A stretch of 41,861 nt of DNA, taken from positions 1-41,861 of IMG/VR virus record IMGVR_UViG_3300032213_001164, one strand, 5' to 3'. How positions within the stretch are numbered: the first letter of the stretch is position 1; each line of letters begins with the position of its first letter. A program made the translations under genes and the position numbers. This document shows, one piece after another, positions 1-8,900 of the stretch. The stretch is from a virus. Lineage: Duplodnaviria; Caudoviricetes. The notes under the pieces were generated by a model, which made no database searches, was not told where the DNA came from, and worked only from the letters and a program-made list of their open reading frames with translations.

Positions 1-546
1 AGCCTGACGGATCTGGATCAACATCTGCTCGAGCGAGGTCTGAGACAGGTTGGCGGCAGTGGTCAGCAAGTTGCTGGTGGTGCCGTTGACGATGGGGTGC
101 GAGGCGCTGTTCAAAGCCACGCCGTCGCCGCCAGGATACGAGGCATTGAAAGCGCGGTTCAGCACGTTGGCCGACAGCGTCTCTTTGGTCTCGATCAGCG
201 ACTGGGCGAGGTGACGAGCGTACACCTGACCGATACGGATATGGTCGCCGTCCTCGACAAGCACTTTGGTCAGCGCGAAGGCCAGACCATACACGTTGTA
301 AACGTATCGCTTGAGGAACAGCACACCACCCTGCTGGTAGCTGACGGGGGTGCCGTCAGGCAACTGCGGGGCAGCGCCAAAGCCGTACAGGACGGGCTCT
401 TCGTGGTAGTTGCGGGGGATGCCTTCCTGCTCGCGGAACACGCGGCTCCACTCGTCAGTGCGTTGATCGTATACACCATCAAAGCACTCGTTCAGGATAG
501 GTTCAACAATTGACCGAAAGTCGGTACTGCGCATCGGAGCGGCCAT
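1..546 (-). CDS. Major capsid protein, Mu gpT-like (5' part; truncated by the window edge)
   Basis: Not in the ORF track. Manual translation from ATG at 546 with AAGGAG RBS: MAAPMRSTDFRSIVEPILNECFDGVYDQRTDEWSRVF...EEPVLYGFGAAPQLPDG...YGLAFALTKVLVEDG...NVLNRAF...GGDGVALNSASHP. Open to base 1. Lies downstream of portal and scaffold genes. Confidence 0.85.
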   Translation of the reverse strand, partial: MAAPMRSTDFRSIVEPILNECFDGVYDQRTDEWSRVFREQEGIPRNYHEEPVLYGFGAAPQLPDGTPVSYQQGGVLFLKRYVYNVYGLAFALTKVLVEDGDHIRIGQVYARHLAQSLIETKETLSANVLNRAFNASYPGGDGVALNSASHPIVNGTTSNLLTTAANLSQTSLEQMLIQIRQA

Positions 547-558
547 GATTCACTCTCC

Positions 559-1131
559 TTAGATGGCGTTAACGGACGCATTGAACTGCGACTCGTTGAT
601 GGTTACGCGAACAATCGTGAACGCATCGCCCCAATCATTGTCGGGGTACGGGGCCAGATCACGGATCAGCATCTGTGCGCTATTGCCTGCGCCCACCAGG
701 GTGGTGGACAGAGTGCATTGCGACAGGCCGGTCACGTTGGAGCCAGCGGTGGTGTTGGACAGATCAGCCATGTCACCAATCGAGGTCTGAGCCAGCGAAC
801 CGGCAGCCTGGATTTCATAAACGATGTTGGGATCGTTGTAGAAGTAGGCGACGCACGAACCGGTCTGGTACGCCGTGTTGGCAGGCCAGTAGTTCGAGAC
901 GCGACGACGACCAGTGGTGTCAGTCCACTCAACGCCAGCGAAAGCGCCTTGGAAGGCCTCACCAGCAGCGGCAACAATCAGAACGCCACTCGAGTTGAGG
1001 CGAACCGGTTGGCCCTTCAAAATGTCGGTGTTGTAAGCCGACGCAATACCGTTAGCCAGCGCCTGAGCGCGATCCAAGCCGGAGGGATGGAACGCAGGAC
1101 GCAAGCCGAACGGAGCATTTGTAGCAGACAT
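559..1131 (-). CDS. Putative head decoration / minor capsid protein
   Basis: 190 aa, small-residue and beta-rich, directly upstream of the capsid gene, with AAGGAG RBS. Confidence 0.55.
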   Translation of the reverse strand: MSATNAPFGLRPAFHPSGLDRAQALANGIASAYNTDILKGQPVRLNSSGVLIVAAAGEAFQGAFAGVEWTDTTGRRRVSNYWPANTAYQTGSCVAYFYNDPNIVYEIQAAGSLAQTSIGDMADLSNTTAGSNVTGLSQCTLSTTLVGAGNSAQMLIRDLAPYPDNDWGDAFTIVRVTINESQFNASVNAI

Positions 1132-1146
1132 AGTCTTACTCCTTGG

Positions 1147-1689
1147 TTATCCCTGAAATACAGGGGTTTTCACAGTTCGGTCGATGTTGCCAAAACCCTC
1201 GCCTTCAACCGCACCCAAGGATTTCCCTGAGCTATCGCGTGCGCCCTGAAGATTCTCAGCCTGGACGCGGATCTTGTCCGCCTCCTCTTGAGGAGCCTCA
1301 TGGTGCATTTGCAGCATGACATCCTGATAAACATCCATCGGAAGTTTGTACAGGCGCATCTCGTTGCATGCGATAAAACCGATGTCTTCGCCAGCCTTTA
1401 CGCGGTAATTCTCGAAGTTTGGCAATTCATCTGCGCTAACAGGTATATAGCCAAGTCGCATCCGCTTATCAATGCTGTCGTATCCATTGGTGGTCGATAA
1501 CCAGCAAAGGTGCCAGCCCGGAATTTCCGGAACTTTTGGCAGCGCACTTTGTGTCCACTCATCGCTCCACATCTTTCGACGTTCCTGCGCTGACATGAAC
1601 TTCTCTTCGGGGGCGGCTCGGGTCTGATCTTGTGAAGATCGATTCTCGCGGCCACCAGCGTTGAGAGTTTTTTTGAGACGGGTATCCAT
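1147..1689 (-). CDS. Hypothetical head-module protein
   Basis: 180-aa ORF in operon context between scaffold and capsid genes. Confidence 0.6.
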   Translation of the reverse strand: MDTRLKKTLNAGGRENRSSQDQTRAAPEEKFMSAQERRKMWSDEWTQSALPKVPEIPGWHLCWLSTTNGYDSIDKRMRLGYIPVSADELPNFENYRVKAGEDIGFIACNEMRLYKLPMDVYQDVMLQMHHEAPQEEADKIRVQAENLQGARDSSGKSLGAVEGEGFGNIDRTVKTPVFQG

Positions 1690-1694
1690 AATGT

Positions 1695-2660
1695 TTAGCT
1701 CCTCTTGTTTCGTGCATCTTGGGCGTATCGTTTGATCATCCGGCTGCGCTTCTGGGGATCATCCCAGAAACCGGCTTCCTTCATTGCTCGGACCTGTTCA
1801 GGTTCCAAAACAAATTCGTTGCCGCTTCCGCGTCCGGCTGACTCACGACTCGACCCAGTCACAAAGCTACGAGGGCTCCTTCTGGACGGACTTTCGTCTT
1901 GTGATCGAGTATAACGGTGTGGCAATCGCTTTTGCAAGCGGTTGTCAAGCTCGTCCCAATAATCTTTTGTCTCGGGATTCCAACCCTCGGCAACCAGCCG
2001 CTGGTCGATGACCTTGGCAATGGCCGAATCTTCATCGCTGGAATCCGGGCTGTACCAAGAATTGCGCTCCATCCAATCATTGGCCAGCCTGACCAACTTG
2101 GGATTTGCCGGGGCAGTTTCCTGCGAGTCGGCTCGGGCTGCGCGTTCCTTGTAGTTCTGCATCGCCTCAAGTTTGCGGCGACTGTCGTACCACATCTCCT
2201 GCGCCTTGGTAAATGCAGCGCCGTCCGAGTTATCGGTGGCCTCCTGCATCTTGCGCTGCGCGTACTGGAATCGGTACTGCTCGTCCTCAATGGCCTTCTC
2301 AAAGCGGGCCAAGTCCGCGCCGTGGGTCTTTCGCTCCACAACGGACAGGCGCTCCATCAACTCCCGATTCTGGCGCTCAAGCAGTTGCAGCTTGGCATCC
2401 TTCTCCTCGTTGGTGCGCTTGATGTAGTCCTTCTTGGCCCGGCGACGGTTGCGTCTGGCCTCGCGGATGGCGTCAGTGTCGTCGGGGTGATCTTCGTCCC
2501 CGCCGTCATCATTGGCGTCCGACCGGGAGGTGAGGCCGGCGTCTTGATCCTGATCGTCACTCTCAGGATTTTGGAGATCCGCTGGAAGCTGAACGACGGC
2601 CGAGCCGTCCTTTTCCTCGACGACGGAAATCTCTTCGTTTTGCGTCTTGTCTGTAGTCAC
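1695..2660 (-). CDS. Putative capsid scaffolding protein
   Basis: 321 aa with acidic disordered N-terminus, long coiled-coil-like middle and basic C-terminal helix; lies between portal and capsid. Confidence 0.6.
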   Translation of the reverse strand: MTTDKTQNEEISVVEEKDGSAVVQLPADLQNPESDDQDQDAGLTSRSDANDDGGDEDHPDDTDAIREARRNRRRAKKDYIKRTNEEKDAKLQLLERQNRELMERLSVVERKTHGADLARFEKAIEDEQYRFQYAQRKMQEATDNSDGAAFTKAQEMWYDSRRKLEAMQNYKERAARADSQETAPANPKLVRLANDWMERNSWYSPDSSDEDSAIAKVIDQRLVAEGWNPETKDYWDELDNRLQKRLPHRYTRSQDESPSRRSPRSFVTGSSRESAGRGSGNEFVLEPEQVRAMKEAGFWDDPQKRSRMIKRYAQDARNKRS

Positions 2661-3097
2661 AGAAAGGCCCTCATTGCAAGTGGATCACCAGTGAGCTTCG
2701 CAATCACCTCGTGATCATTCAGAACCATGAACAGTGCCGGATCTTCAAAATCGTCATCGCCAGGGACTTTGACCTCCCAACGATCACCGCCCCACTTGGG
2801 GACGCGGATGTAGTCGCCTACAGAGCACCAAGACCCCTCTGGCCATGCCTGCATCGTGTCTCGATGCTTGAATGCCAGCGGACCGATCTCGACGACCTTG
2901 GCCACCATGTTCTGCCACTTCTCGGTTTCTTTGGTTTCTTCAACCAAAATAATCCCTGCGCTTGTTGCCTTCTTTTTGGTGCGGCGCAACTGTACAAGAA
3001 TGCGTCCGCCAAGAGGTTTAGCACCGGGGTCTACGCTCGGGAAAGCCCAAGCCAACTCAGCTTTGTCAAAAGCTACCGGCTCACTCATGTTCATCAT
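2657..3097 (-). CDS. GroES/Cpn10-like co-chaperonin
   Basis: Motifs KPLGGRILV, TSAGIIL (mobile loop), AKVVEIGP, VGDYI and LNDHEVIAK match the GroES pattern. The true start may be a few codons later. Confidence 0.85.
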   Translation of the reverse strand: MMNMSEPVAFDKAELAWAFPSVDPGAKPLGGRILVQLRRTKKKATSAGIILVEETKETEKWQNMVAKVVEIGPLAFKHRDTMQAWPEGSWCSVGDYIRVPKWGGDRWEVKVPGDDDFEDPALFMVLNDHEVIAKLTGDPLAMRAFL

Positions 3098-3266
3098 CTT
3101 CCTTCATCAAGTTGTTCAGGATATCAAGGGCCTCCTGTAAGCCCGCGTAATGTCCGACCATGCGGTGGTAAGTCTCCCAGTTCGCTGCATTACCAACAGC
3201 GAGGGACGCGGCTATTTCAGCCTGCCTAGACTTGACGCCACCAATCAGGTCGCCGATGGTTTTCAT
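3081..3266 (-). CDS. Hypothetical protein
   Basis: 61-aa helical ORF overlapping both neighbours. Confidence 0.6.
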   Translation of the reverse strand: MKTIGDLIGGVKSRQAEIAASLAVGNAANWETYHRMVGHYAGLQEALDILNNLMKEDDEHE

Positions 3267-3415
3267 TTTTTCTTCGCTTGGGCAAGGCCTCCTTTGGGTT
3301 GCGAGCCAGACTGGCCCTTGGGTTGCATGCTCGAGCCGTCAAGTTTCTCGCCCATTGCGATACGCTTGTGCTGGGGCACGTTGATGCTCTTCTGCTCTTG
3401 GTCACTCGTAGCCAT
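3263..3415 (-). CDS. Small basic hypothetical protein
   Basis: MATSDQEQKSINVPQHKRIAMGEK...KGGLAQAKKK. ATG at 3415 is preceded by AAGGAGG. Confidence 0.55.
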   Translation of the reverse strand: MATSDQEQKSINVPQHKRIAMGEKLDGSSMQPKGQSGSQPKGGLAQAKKK

Positions 3416-5939
3416 ATTGGCCTCCTTGGGGTTGTGCAGCCTTGACCTGCTCGAAATCGAGCTTGGCCGCATCTCGCGTTAGGCGGGCTGCTTCGATGCG
3501 TTCCTTCATCTCGTTGTCGCCCCTGGCAATCGCCAGTTTCAACTGCATCTCTTCCATCTCGCGCTCCTGGCGCTGCTGAAGCTCCTGCATGTCCATCTGG
3601 ATCTTGGCCGCCAACTCCTTGTCCTTGAGTTGCATCTCGGCCTGATCGCGGGCCTGCCGGCGTTGAGTCTCGGCCATGCTGGTGTCCAGCAAAACCTTTG
3701 CCTCTGGCGGCAGTTGGGGCTGCTGCTTGAACTGCTGCAAGTTCTGCATGAGTTGCTGGATGACCGGCAAGATTCCTTGGAGGGTCTGCTCCGCGTCCAT
3801 CTCAACGTGCTGCGATGCGGCACCGAACATGCGGTCAATGATCTTCGGATCGTTGTGCAACTCGTAGTCTGGCAGCTTGTCGCCTGCGGCCTTCTGGACG
3901 TAGCCGTTCATGCGGTTGAGATACCACAGCACGATGTGCTGCTTGATGTGCTCCACGGCCTTGGGCAGATATGCCGGCGCGATCATCGGGTTGGAGCCGA
4001 AGATTGGGCTCTTGGCGAAGTCCAAGTGGGTCTGGATGTGGCCCAGGTGATCCTGCTCGGGGTACGCGAAGGCCGCCTGCCCGATGGCCAGGGCGACGTT
4101 CTCGTTGGCAGCGTCCTGCTTGACCGGCGCAGGCACATCGATCATCAATTCGTTGATGCCGGGCACCTTGATCTGTTTGAGGAACCGCTGTATCACCGCC
4201 CTCTTGTTGAAAATGTCGGGGTTTTTGTCCATGATGGCCATAACCGCCTGGGTTTGGGCCATTCGCTGGGTTTCGCTGAAGATGTGCGGGTCGGACACCG
4301 GAATCACATCGGTGACCCGCATGAAATCCTCGCGCTTGATGTCCAAATCCTCGACAACCTCGCCGCGCTGCATGTCGTCCAGATACCAGCGATTGATTCG
4401 GCTCAGAACTTTGAGCACCCGGCCCTGAGACTCGTGCAATCTGGCGTGAATGGCCGAGAAAACCGCCGCGCCCTGCTCAATCAGCGCCTGAGTGGTGCCG
4501 ACAGGGGTGTTTTGGCCGACATCAGCGATCTTTTCCTCGGCTGTGGTCACCACGCCCTTGGCCGCGTTGGTCAGCCAGCCCAAAAGCTGGTACAGGACCG
4601 CAGAAGGCGGGTTGAATGGCATCGGCATGGCCAGCTTGCGCACATCATCGACGCCTGGGGCGCCCTCAATCTCCACAACCTGGGTGACTTCGACCTCCTG
4701 GGACTGACCGGAGATCTTGCCGCCCTTGAGCTTCAGGAGCGTCGCGGCATTGTTGATGTGGGCAGAGTCCAGCAAGGCCCTCAGAGAGCCTGTAAGGGCC
4801 GCTGAGAGGCCTCCAATAAGCTGCGGCAGGCCGACGGCGTAGGCGCCGCGCCAGGGAATGAACTTGAACTCAATGACCCAGTCCAATTTGGTCATCGTTT
4901 CGTCGCCCTCCTCCCAGTTCCGATACAAACCGATGACCTCGGTCGATAGATCGTCGATCATCAGGATGTACGGGGCGCTTTCACCCTTCGTAGTCGGGTC
5001 GTCGTCAAGATCCAGCCATGTGTAGATGTGATACACCCGGCGCAGACCGTCCTCGTTCTCGTTCTGGGACTTGCCCTCGATCTTGTTGGTCGCCTTTTGG
5101 GACGCGGTTGGCTCCGGGTCCATCGTTGCGCGGGTCAAAGCAGTGTCTTTGTACAGCCCGGAATTGATCCGGCGCTTGAACTCCCACTCGGAGATGTCAT
5201 CGACCTCGGTAAACCGCTGGGAGGTGTAGAAATTGGCCGACGCAAAAGGCAAAAGCACGTTGTCGATGGGCAGAAACTGCGCACAGGGGCGCTTTTTCTT
5301 CTCGTCGTACCAGAGCTTGAGGTACTGGGAGCCACCGAGAGGCAGTTGAGTGAGCAGTTGCTCCTGCTCATCGCGGAACTCTTCGATCTGCTCGGTCAAC
5401 TGCCAGTTCATGTAGTCGCGTTTGCGCTCTGCGGACGCGCTTTTCTCCTCGGTGACATCCCCCAAAATCTTGGTTTTGGTCGGGCCGTCGGGCGGGAACA
5501 TCTCCTTGATGGCCCTGGCGGCAAAATCAATGCACGCCTCGGCCATTACGGGGTGGACGACCTTCGATGCACCCTGGAAGTTGGCTCCCCCAGGCGCGTC
5601 ATTGCCCATGCCGGTGCGCTTGATGCCCTCTTCGTACTGCTTGTCGCGCTGCTTGCGGGCCTCCCTGTCCTTTTCGATCAGTTCGATGTAGCGCAAGGCC
5701 ATCTTGTCGAGTTCAAGCCCGCTGATGATGTCGCCATCGGCAAGGTTGGCGTAGAAGTCCTCGTCCTCCATCGGCCCCTTGGTGTCCATGCGGACGATGG
5801 CCGATCCGTCTGGAAGCTCCTCAATCTCGGCATCGTCCATCGGCATGTCAACGATGACGCCCTGCTCGTCGTCTTGATCCTGGGGCTCGCCTCCAATGAA
5901 GCGACCGAACTCGGGATCGATGGGAAATTCTGTAGCCAT
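3402..5939 (-). CDS. Portal protein
   Basis: 845 aa with P22-like portal organisation (VHPVMAEACIDF, MNWQLTEQIEE, TPVGTTQALIEQG) and a long Q-rich coiled-coil C-terminal barrel; lies between terminase and capsid genes. Confidence 0.85.
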   Translation of the reverse strand: MATEFPIDPEFGRFIGGEPQDQDDEQGVIVDMPMDDAEIEELPDGSAIVRMDTKGPMEDEDFYANLADGDIISGLELDKMALRYIELIEKDREARKQRDKQYEEGIKRTGMGNDAPGGANFQGASKVVHPVMAEACIDFAARAIKEMFPPDGPTKTKILGDVTEEKSASAERKRDYMNWQLTEQIEEFRDEQEQLLTQLPLGGSQYLKLWYDEKKKRPCAQFLPIDNVLLPFASANFYTSQRFTEVDDISEWEFKRRINSGLYKDTALTRATMDPEPTASQKATNKIEGKSQNENEDGLRRVYHIYTWLDLDDDPTTKGESAPYILMIDDLSTEVIGLYRNWEEGDETMTKLDWVIEFKFIPWRGAYAVGLPQLIGGLSAALTGSLRALLDSAHINNAATLLKLKGGKISGQSQEVEVTQVVEIEGAPGVDDVRKLAMPMPFNPPSAVLYQLLGWLTNAAKGVVTTAEEKIADVGQNTPVGTTQALIEQGAAVFSAIHARLHESQGRVLKVLSRINRWYLDDMQRGEVVEDLDIKREDFMRVTDVIPVSDPHIFSETQRMAQTQAVMAIMDKNPDIFNKRAVIQRFLKQIKVPGINELMIDVPAPVKQDAANENVALAIGQAAFAYPEQDHLGHIQTHLDFAKSPIFGSNPMIAPAYLPKAVEHIKQHIVLWYLNRMNGYVQKAAGDKLPDYELHNDPKIIDRMFGAASQHVEMDAEQTLQGILPVIQQLMQNLQQFKQQPQLPPEAKVLLDTSMAETQRRQARDQAEMQLKDKELAAKIQMDMQELQQRQEREMEEMQLKLAIARGDNEMKERIEAARLTRDAAKLDFEQVKAAQPQGGQYGYE

Positions 5940-5942
5940 AGG

Positions 5943-8900
5943 TCAAACCTTTTCAACTGCGGACAGGGGGCCAACTTTGCCGCCCTTTTTCTTGCCGGTG
6001 TATTTTTTCATGGCCTCTTCAAACATCATCAGTTCATCGATCATCTGCTGATCGTAGATCTGACGCGGGCCGACCATCTTCAAGGAGCCAAACTCTTGCC
6101 CCGCCTGCTTGGGATTTGCTCGAACAGACATCAGGGTGTCAGGAAAAGTCAACTCATATGGCGTCGGGTATTTCAGGCCGCCGATAAATCTTCCTGGGAT
6201 GTCGTGACTGTATGTCGGATGAGTGGACAAAGGCAACATTGATTTGGGAACATCGGGAGCAAGTTCACCCATTGAGTATCCCGTCACGCCCGTCTCCACG
6301 TTGCGCAAAGGCGCCTCAGTGATCGCGTACCGGATATCCTGGCCGCTTGGCAGATTGAACCTCTCCGTCACCGTTGGCATCTGCATCAGCTTGTTGAAGT
6401 GGCGGCGCAGATGTGGGTCCATTGAGAAGTGCAGGTAGGAGTCAACCTTATCCTCAATCCCAGGAAAGCCCGGGCGAGGACCGGACTTGTCATCGCCAAA
6501 GCGGATCATCTTGTTGAAGCCCTCGATTTGCTTTTTGCTCATCTTGGATAGATCAATCGCCTGAAGATTTGCATCGGCAAAGTGCTGGGCGTAATTGATG
6601 GAGTCCGGCCCCATCATGATGTACTGCCCAATCACTGGCGCATCGTAGGCTTGCGAAGCCTCTTTAGCCACGCGCTGAACGCCCCCTGCCGGGCCAATGC
6701 CAGAAGCCCAGAAGATGTCGTCATTGCGACCCATCCCATAAAGAGGGCCGCCATGCTGCGGAGATGGAAGCTCGAGCTTGATCTCACCAACTCTGACCAA
6801 GGATTTGCCGGTAACGGTTGGATCGCCAGGGATTCCGGTGACGACCTTGCCCTTCAACTCCTGCGGGCTGATGATCTTCTTAGGAGGCGCCTTCTTAACA
6901 TCAGTGAATTCAACGGGGAGATCTTTCTCGCGGGCAAACTGCTTTTGAGTTTTTTCCGCAACAGATGCAGTGCCCTTTGGCCCACGGACAAACTCGCCAG
7001 TTACCTGCGGGGCGATACGCCGAGCCACCTCTTCGATTTCCCCCTTGGATTTCGCCGGGGCTCGCAGCAAAGCTCTGAGGGTATTGATCGTGCCGCCACC
7101 GGCCATCTTCGGCTCGTCGTTGCAGCCGCAGCCTACTGCTCCACCAGCCTTCATGCCGGCTTCTGGCGACGCATCTGAACTGCGCTTGAACAACTCCTGA
7201 TATCGGGCGGTCTCTTCAGGGTTGATGTAGGGCTTGAGTTCAACCCCTTTGCTTCTCAGAAATGCCTGCTCAGTTTCGTTGAAGGCATCTGACGTAGGGC
7301 GCAGTCCAGTGTTGCGGATGTCGCCAACACCTGACCAGTTTCCGCTACGGACGAAGTCTTGCACGAAGGGCAGGTACTGCTCGTTGGGTGCGCGGTTCCC
7401 CTTGCCTTTGATCTGGAAGATGGATTCTGGCTCCGTCTCAAAAATGCTTTGGTACTTGGAGAAAGTTTCAGGATCGTTTTTCTTCAACCATTCCGGGTAT
7501 TGCAAGATGTAATTCTTGGGGCGGTCAACCCCTTTGGCTCTTGATTCCTCGGCAACCTGCTTTGAAAATTGCGCCCATGATGGCTCAAGCTCTGGGTTGT
7601 CATAAAAAATCCCGCTTCTTTCATTCCACTGACGTCCCGGCCTGACCTCCACCGTCACATGGGGCTCGCCCTTTGCATCACGCAGGCTGTAAACGCGCTT
7701 GCGACCAGCCAGAACATCAGGGCAGTAGCCGCCGACGCAGTGGCCCATCGTGTCGCCTTCGTACCTGAGGGCGTCTTTAAGGGCTTTATAGCGCGGGTCT
7801 TCTACAAGTTCACCAGCTTCGTTTCGCAGATACCGCTTATCAACAGTCTCTTTCATGCCTGCTGGCAATTCCTTGGGCTGCGTCAACTCAACCCACCGAT
7901 ACCCCTCCGGATACTCCCTGTAAACCGGCATGCCCTCGGTGGCCTTGATCTGCGCCTCGCGCATCTTCTTGGCCACCTCTTGGTCGAACTCGTAGGTGCG
8001 GCGTACTGCCTGCTCCATGCTGACCTTGTTCAACTGCTCCGGGCGAATGCGGCCAGCGTCGAGGTCTTGCTTGAGAACGTCGATGATGTGGTCGAAGCCC
8101 ATGCCCTCAGACAGCTTGCCTTCCATTGGCGCCCAAACTCTTTCTTTTGAATCAAGTTTGTCCATCCAAGGCTCGTATAGATGGCTGTATACGCCTTCTC
8201 TTGCTAGTTCTTTGCGTTTCCCAGCGGTTTGTCCTGCAATTGCGGTGTCGGCTGCGTCTTCCCATGCTTGCGCGGCTTCAGACTTTCCAAGCTGTTCAGT
8301 CCCCAGTCTGTCTCGGACATCTGGTGCGCGATAACGATTGATGCCAACTTGTTCGCTTGGGATGTGAACAACCCCCTCCTCTGCCAGCTTACGCACCGGA
8401 TCGTCCGGCGTCGCCATCTGCTTCTTGACGTAGTTGGTCAGGTTGCGGTCGATCCACTGATCAATCGCAGCCTCTTTTTTGGTTTCTCCCAACTGATAAA
8501 GAACCCTGTCAATTTGATCCTTGTTCAAGGATGGGTCTGACAACAAAGCCTCATGCCTTGGAATTCTTTGGGCCGGAGTTTCGCCCGCAATTGTTCGCGT
8601 CTTAAGCGGATCAAGCGCCCTCTCCACGCTGCCCGTCAGCCAGTTGCCGCCCACCGGCTTGATCGCCGCGCCGACAGGCAGGCCCCTGGTCAGCGGAGCA
8701 ACCGCTGGGGCCACGCCAAGGACGGTGCCGCCAACGAAGCCGCGCTCGCCGGCCTTCTGGATGCCCTTGTAGTCCGGGTGCATCACGCTGAAGCCAAGCT
8801 GGTCAGGGGCGCTTCCCAGCAGGCCCATTACGGCGGCGTAGGTGCGCGGATCGGGCAGCTTGTTGACATCAGCCTCCTTGGCCTGCTTGACCGCCTTCTG

